NCBI GenBank assembly: GCA_003344405.1
Contig: NOWV01000026.1
Coordinates: forward strand, 372,001-436,000
DNA: 64,000 nt
Source of the DNA: Trichoplax sp. H2
Lineage: Eukaryota
Reading direction: 5' to 3'
The notes beneath the pieces are model-generated. The model worked only from the letters and a program-made list of their open reading frames with translations. It made no database searches and had not been told where the DNA came from. The position numbers were made by a program, and so were the translations under genes. Positions 61,201-64,000 of this stretch are shown piece after piece (positions within the stretch are counted from its first letter, which is position 1; each line of letters starts with the position of its first letter).

Positions 61201-63149
61201 TCAGTTTATATTTTCTTGTTGTAGCACCTAATGTTAATCTATTGTAATGACTAAAAGCAGATTTCAAAATTCTAATAAAACTAGCAATTATAAGTATTTT
61301 CTCTGAATATCATTTTCACTAACTATGCAGTGTGATATGCTGTATTTTGAATTACAAACACTGCTTTGAGTAGTTCCAAAGCGAATGTTATTGTAGTTAC
61401 TGTGTTGAGATCATCAATTAGCTAAAGTAATATTAACATAATGTGGTAACAATAGCCAATCTGACTGGTTATAAAAAATATTTAGCCCCTGTTAAATGAA
61501 CTAGTGTTAGGTAACCGTAAAGTGAGGACATTAAGTATCTTTGTGATAGTAATTTACATGACTACTATCAGTACAAGATTAGCATCAAATCGATGTGATC
61601 CGATTAGAATTGAAATTTGCGAAATTGGGTTTTAGTTGCTAATGTTTTAACTTTAAGGATAAGATTTGATAAATGCCTTATAATTAAGCGCTGCATTACT
61701 CTAATATGTTCTAACATTTTATATATTTTAGAAACCACATTTGGAGTTATAAGCCACAACTACTGTATCAGGTGATTCAATCAAAAATATTTTGGAGAAA
61801 TGTATGCGTCGACAATAGAATGGATTAGATATCCTGTATCTTCAACGAGTTTGATCGAATATCTACATGTATCATCAGCTTTGAGCTACACTGATATATA
61901 AAGTACTAAAATTTAATGAATTAAAATCAATATAGAAAAATAGAAAGTATCGTAGCTTACATTCTATAGCTTTAATCCTTTCGCGCCATATTTTGTACCC
62001 AAAGAGCAAGTTTCCCAACCATCGAACAAGCTTCTTACCCAACTACAAAGTATACATAAAAATATAGACGTAAGCAATCATCGCAGCTTAAGGCATTTAT
62101 GAAGGAAAATTACAGAGTTACGGTAAAAATAAACTTTTCTATCATCTAGAAAATTTTAATTATTATGAACAGATATCTGCAGTATATATTTTCTTTTTCT
62201 TGAGTAAAGATAACATAAATTTCTACATACCCCTCTGGAATATTGATAATCCGCTGAGTTACGGGAAGTACTACCGGTTTGCTTTTGTACATAAGATTTA
62301 TGTAATCTAGTGAATAGAACATATTTTAAAGTTACCGTCACTATATTGAGAATTGAAAACTAAAACAGTTATGATTTCGATTGCTATAGTGAATGGTTTA
62401 AATATTATCGATAGGGCTTTTACATTTATCTGATTTTTCTTTCACTAGTTGGCCTATCTATCTATCGATATATGTTAGTTGTTACTCGTATAGATTATTA
62501 AAAGTTTGTTGTTTGTTTTTTAGTCGAGTAAAAGGGAAACGTAGCTATAGAATTCAATCAAAAAATATCAAATATTGTAATGGCGCATTTTAATTGTGAA
62601 AACTATTTCTCATTGATTATATTATAGGAATGTAATAAGTAAAGGGATGAATCAATCAAGATATTACCCAGTGATGTCATACAACTTACTCTAATAATTC
62701 CTCTTTCTTAGCATAAGGCCATGGCAATTCTTTGACTATACTAATAATCTCGTATTGCAATTCCTTCTTTTTCAAAAGCAAATCATTGCTATCGAGGCTA
62801 TTCCAGTGGAAGATTGGTTTTATATATTCTTCCTCAACGCTGTAACGATTATTTAAAGTAAACATTATTTAATCAAAAATTCGAAATAGATGCTGTACAT
62901 TATAAATTTTAATGCCCTGTTTATAAAAATTAAATTATAAAGTTTATCAAAGAAAAACTTAAGACGATCAATCACTAATTTGTTACCGCGTAAATGTAAC
63001 AAATAAATCTGACGCCCTTTATAGAAAATCAGGTTTACTTCTATATTTTTACCTTTCGAGGTTGCCACTATAGGGCCTTCTTAATGCTTTAATAAGGAAT
63101 CCCGGTTGTAAAGTTAGCAGTTGTCTTTCTTGCTCACTGTATCGGTCAT
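55226..63149 (-). CDS. Transmembrane channel-like (TMC) protein, multi-exon; 5' end not resolved
   Basis: TMC signature CWESTVGQELFKVSTIDL (~58240-58290); WRERIKAIE-FFGSIVASYFIFVR; FTVAQSILQIVYSQGLTW-LGMFFSPFLP; PPDCGPF; N-terminal ELPWPYAKK; S/Q/P-rich tail ending at 55226. Confidence 0.92.
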
Positions 63150-64000
63150 CTAGAACGAGGGTTAAAGTTTTGAATATAATCATAAAGTAGAATTACTAAA
63201 GTTATAGTTATTATGGTAATGGTTTAACATTTTTACTATCTAAGCTGTGCTTGATAGCATGAGTGTATCGCTATTTATAACACTTTTTTAAGTCTGGGCT
63301 ACTGTCCTTCAGGAATATAAGTGATACATCAGCAGATATTAAACAACACTTTGCAAACCTTATTAAGATATACAAGCGCTTACTTATCCTACGAACTTAG
63401 TATCACCTTATTCATAAATAGCCCTAATCTAGTTTCTAGATTAAAGCTAAGACTAAGAGGTAATTAACTCTAACGAAACGTTTTTATAGTAAAGATAAGT
63501 AACACCAAACTCTATGGAGAACATCTCGTAAATCTTTCATTAATAAGTTTTAGGAAAGTTTTCAACTAATAACGTCAAGTTGACATTCCGAACGGATTTT
63601 AGTAATTGAATTATTGACTACTACTTCTAATTTAAATATCGATAGCTATAGTCGAATACAGAACGACAGGTAGTTTTCATTGAGCAAACAGTAAGGCTTT
63701 GCAACGTGATGTTTGCCTTACAGGAAATTAAAAATTTGGTAGTTGTCTTGCTCTGTGGATTGAAGCAAAGCTAGAAGGAATTTTTGCCTCATAGTTTAAT
63801 AGTAAGAAATTGTAGTTTTAAATGAAATACTAGGATTGAAAGATATCAGTTTAAAACCATTGCACCGACACTAAAGAATTAAATCATCAAATTACTACTC
63901 TGAATTTTTTATTGTAATCAATGATTTAAATTCAGTCAAAATTGCGATATAGATTGCTCATATAAATAAGATTTTATATTATCATAGAGATTAAGAACAA

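Overview
AT-rich, intron-dense eukaryotic (animal) DNA with many short GT-AG introns. Composition, intron size and gene content suggest a placozoan (Trichoplax-like) genome; this is an inference. The ORF track catches only fragments, so gene models were spliced by hand. In order: 3' part of AK8 (+); an AJM1/C9orf172-like gene (-) with candidate alternative first exons; about 9 kb with no recognisable gene; a small two-GoLoco-motif gene (+) missed by the ORF track; a 64-aa single-TM ORF (-); CFAP77 (+); GPR107/108 (-); PPIL3 (-) head-to-head with kynurenine aminotransferase KYAT1/3 (+); an SLC35A2/A3 nucleotide-sugar transporter (-) head-to-head with NELFB (+); and a TMC-family channel (-). Main observations: (1) most genes have human orthologues or paralogues at 9q34 or the paralogous 1/6p21/19p13 blocks; (2) the GPSM3/PCP2-like GoLoco microprotein; (3) a long GC-rich hairpin filling a putative exon whose reading frame is broken by one UGA inside the stem; (4) oriented (TACAG)n/(CTGTA)n arrays at promoters; (5) a possible TM-anchored AJM1 isoform lacking the zinc finger. 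No CRISPR, rRNA, tRNA or transposase was seen. Homology calls rest on recalled protein motifs, not database searches.
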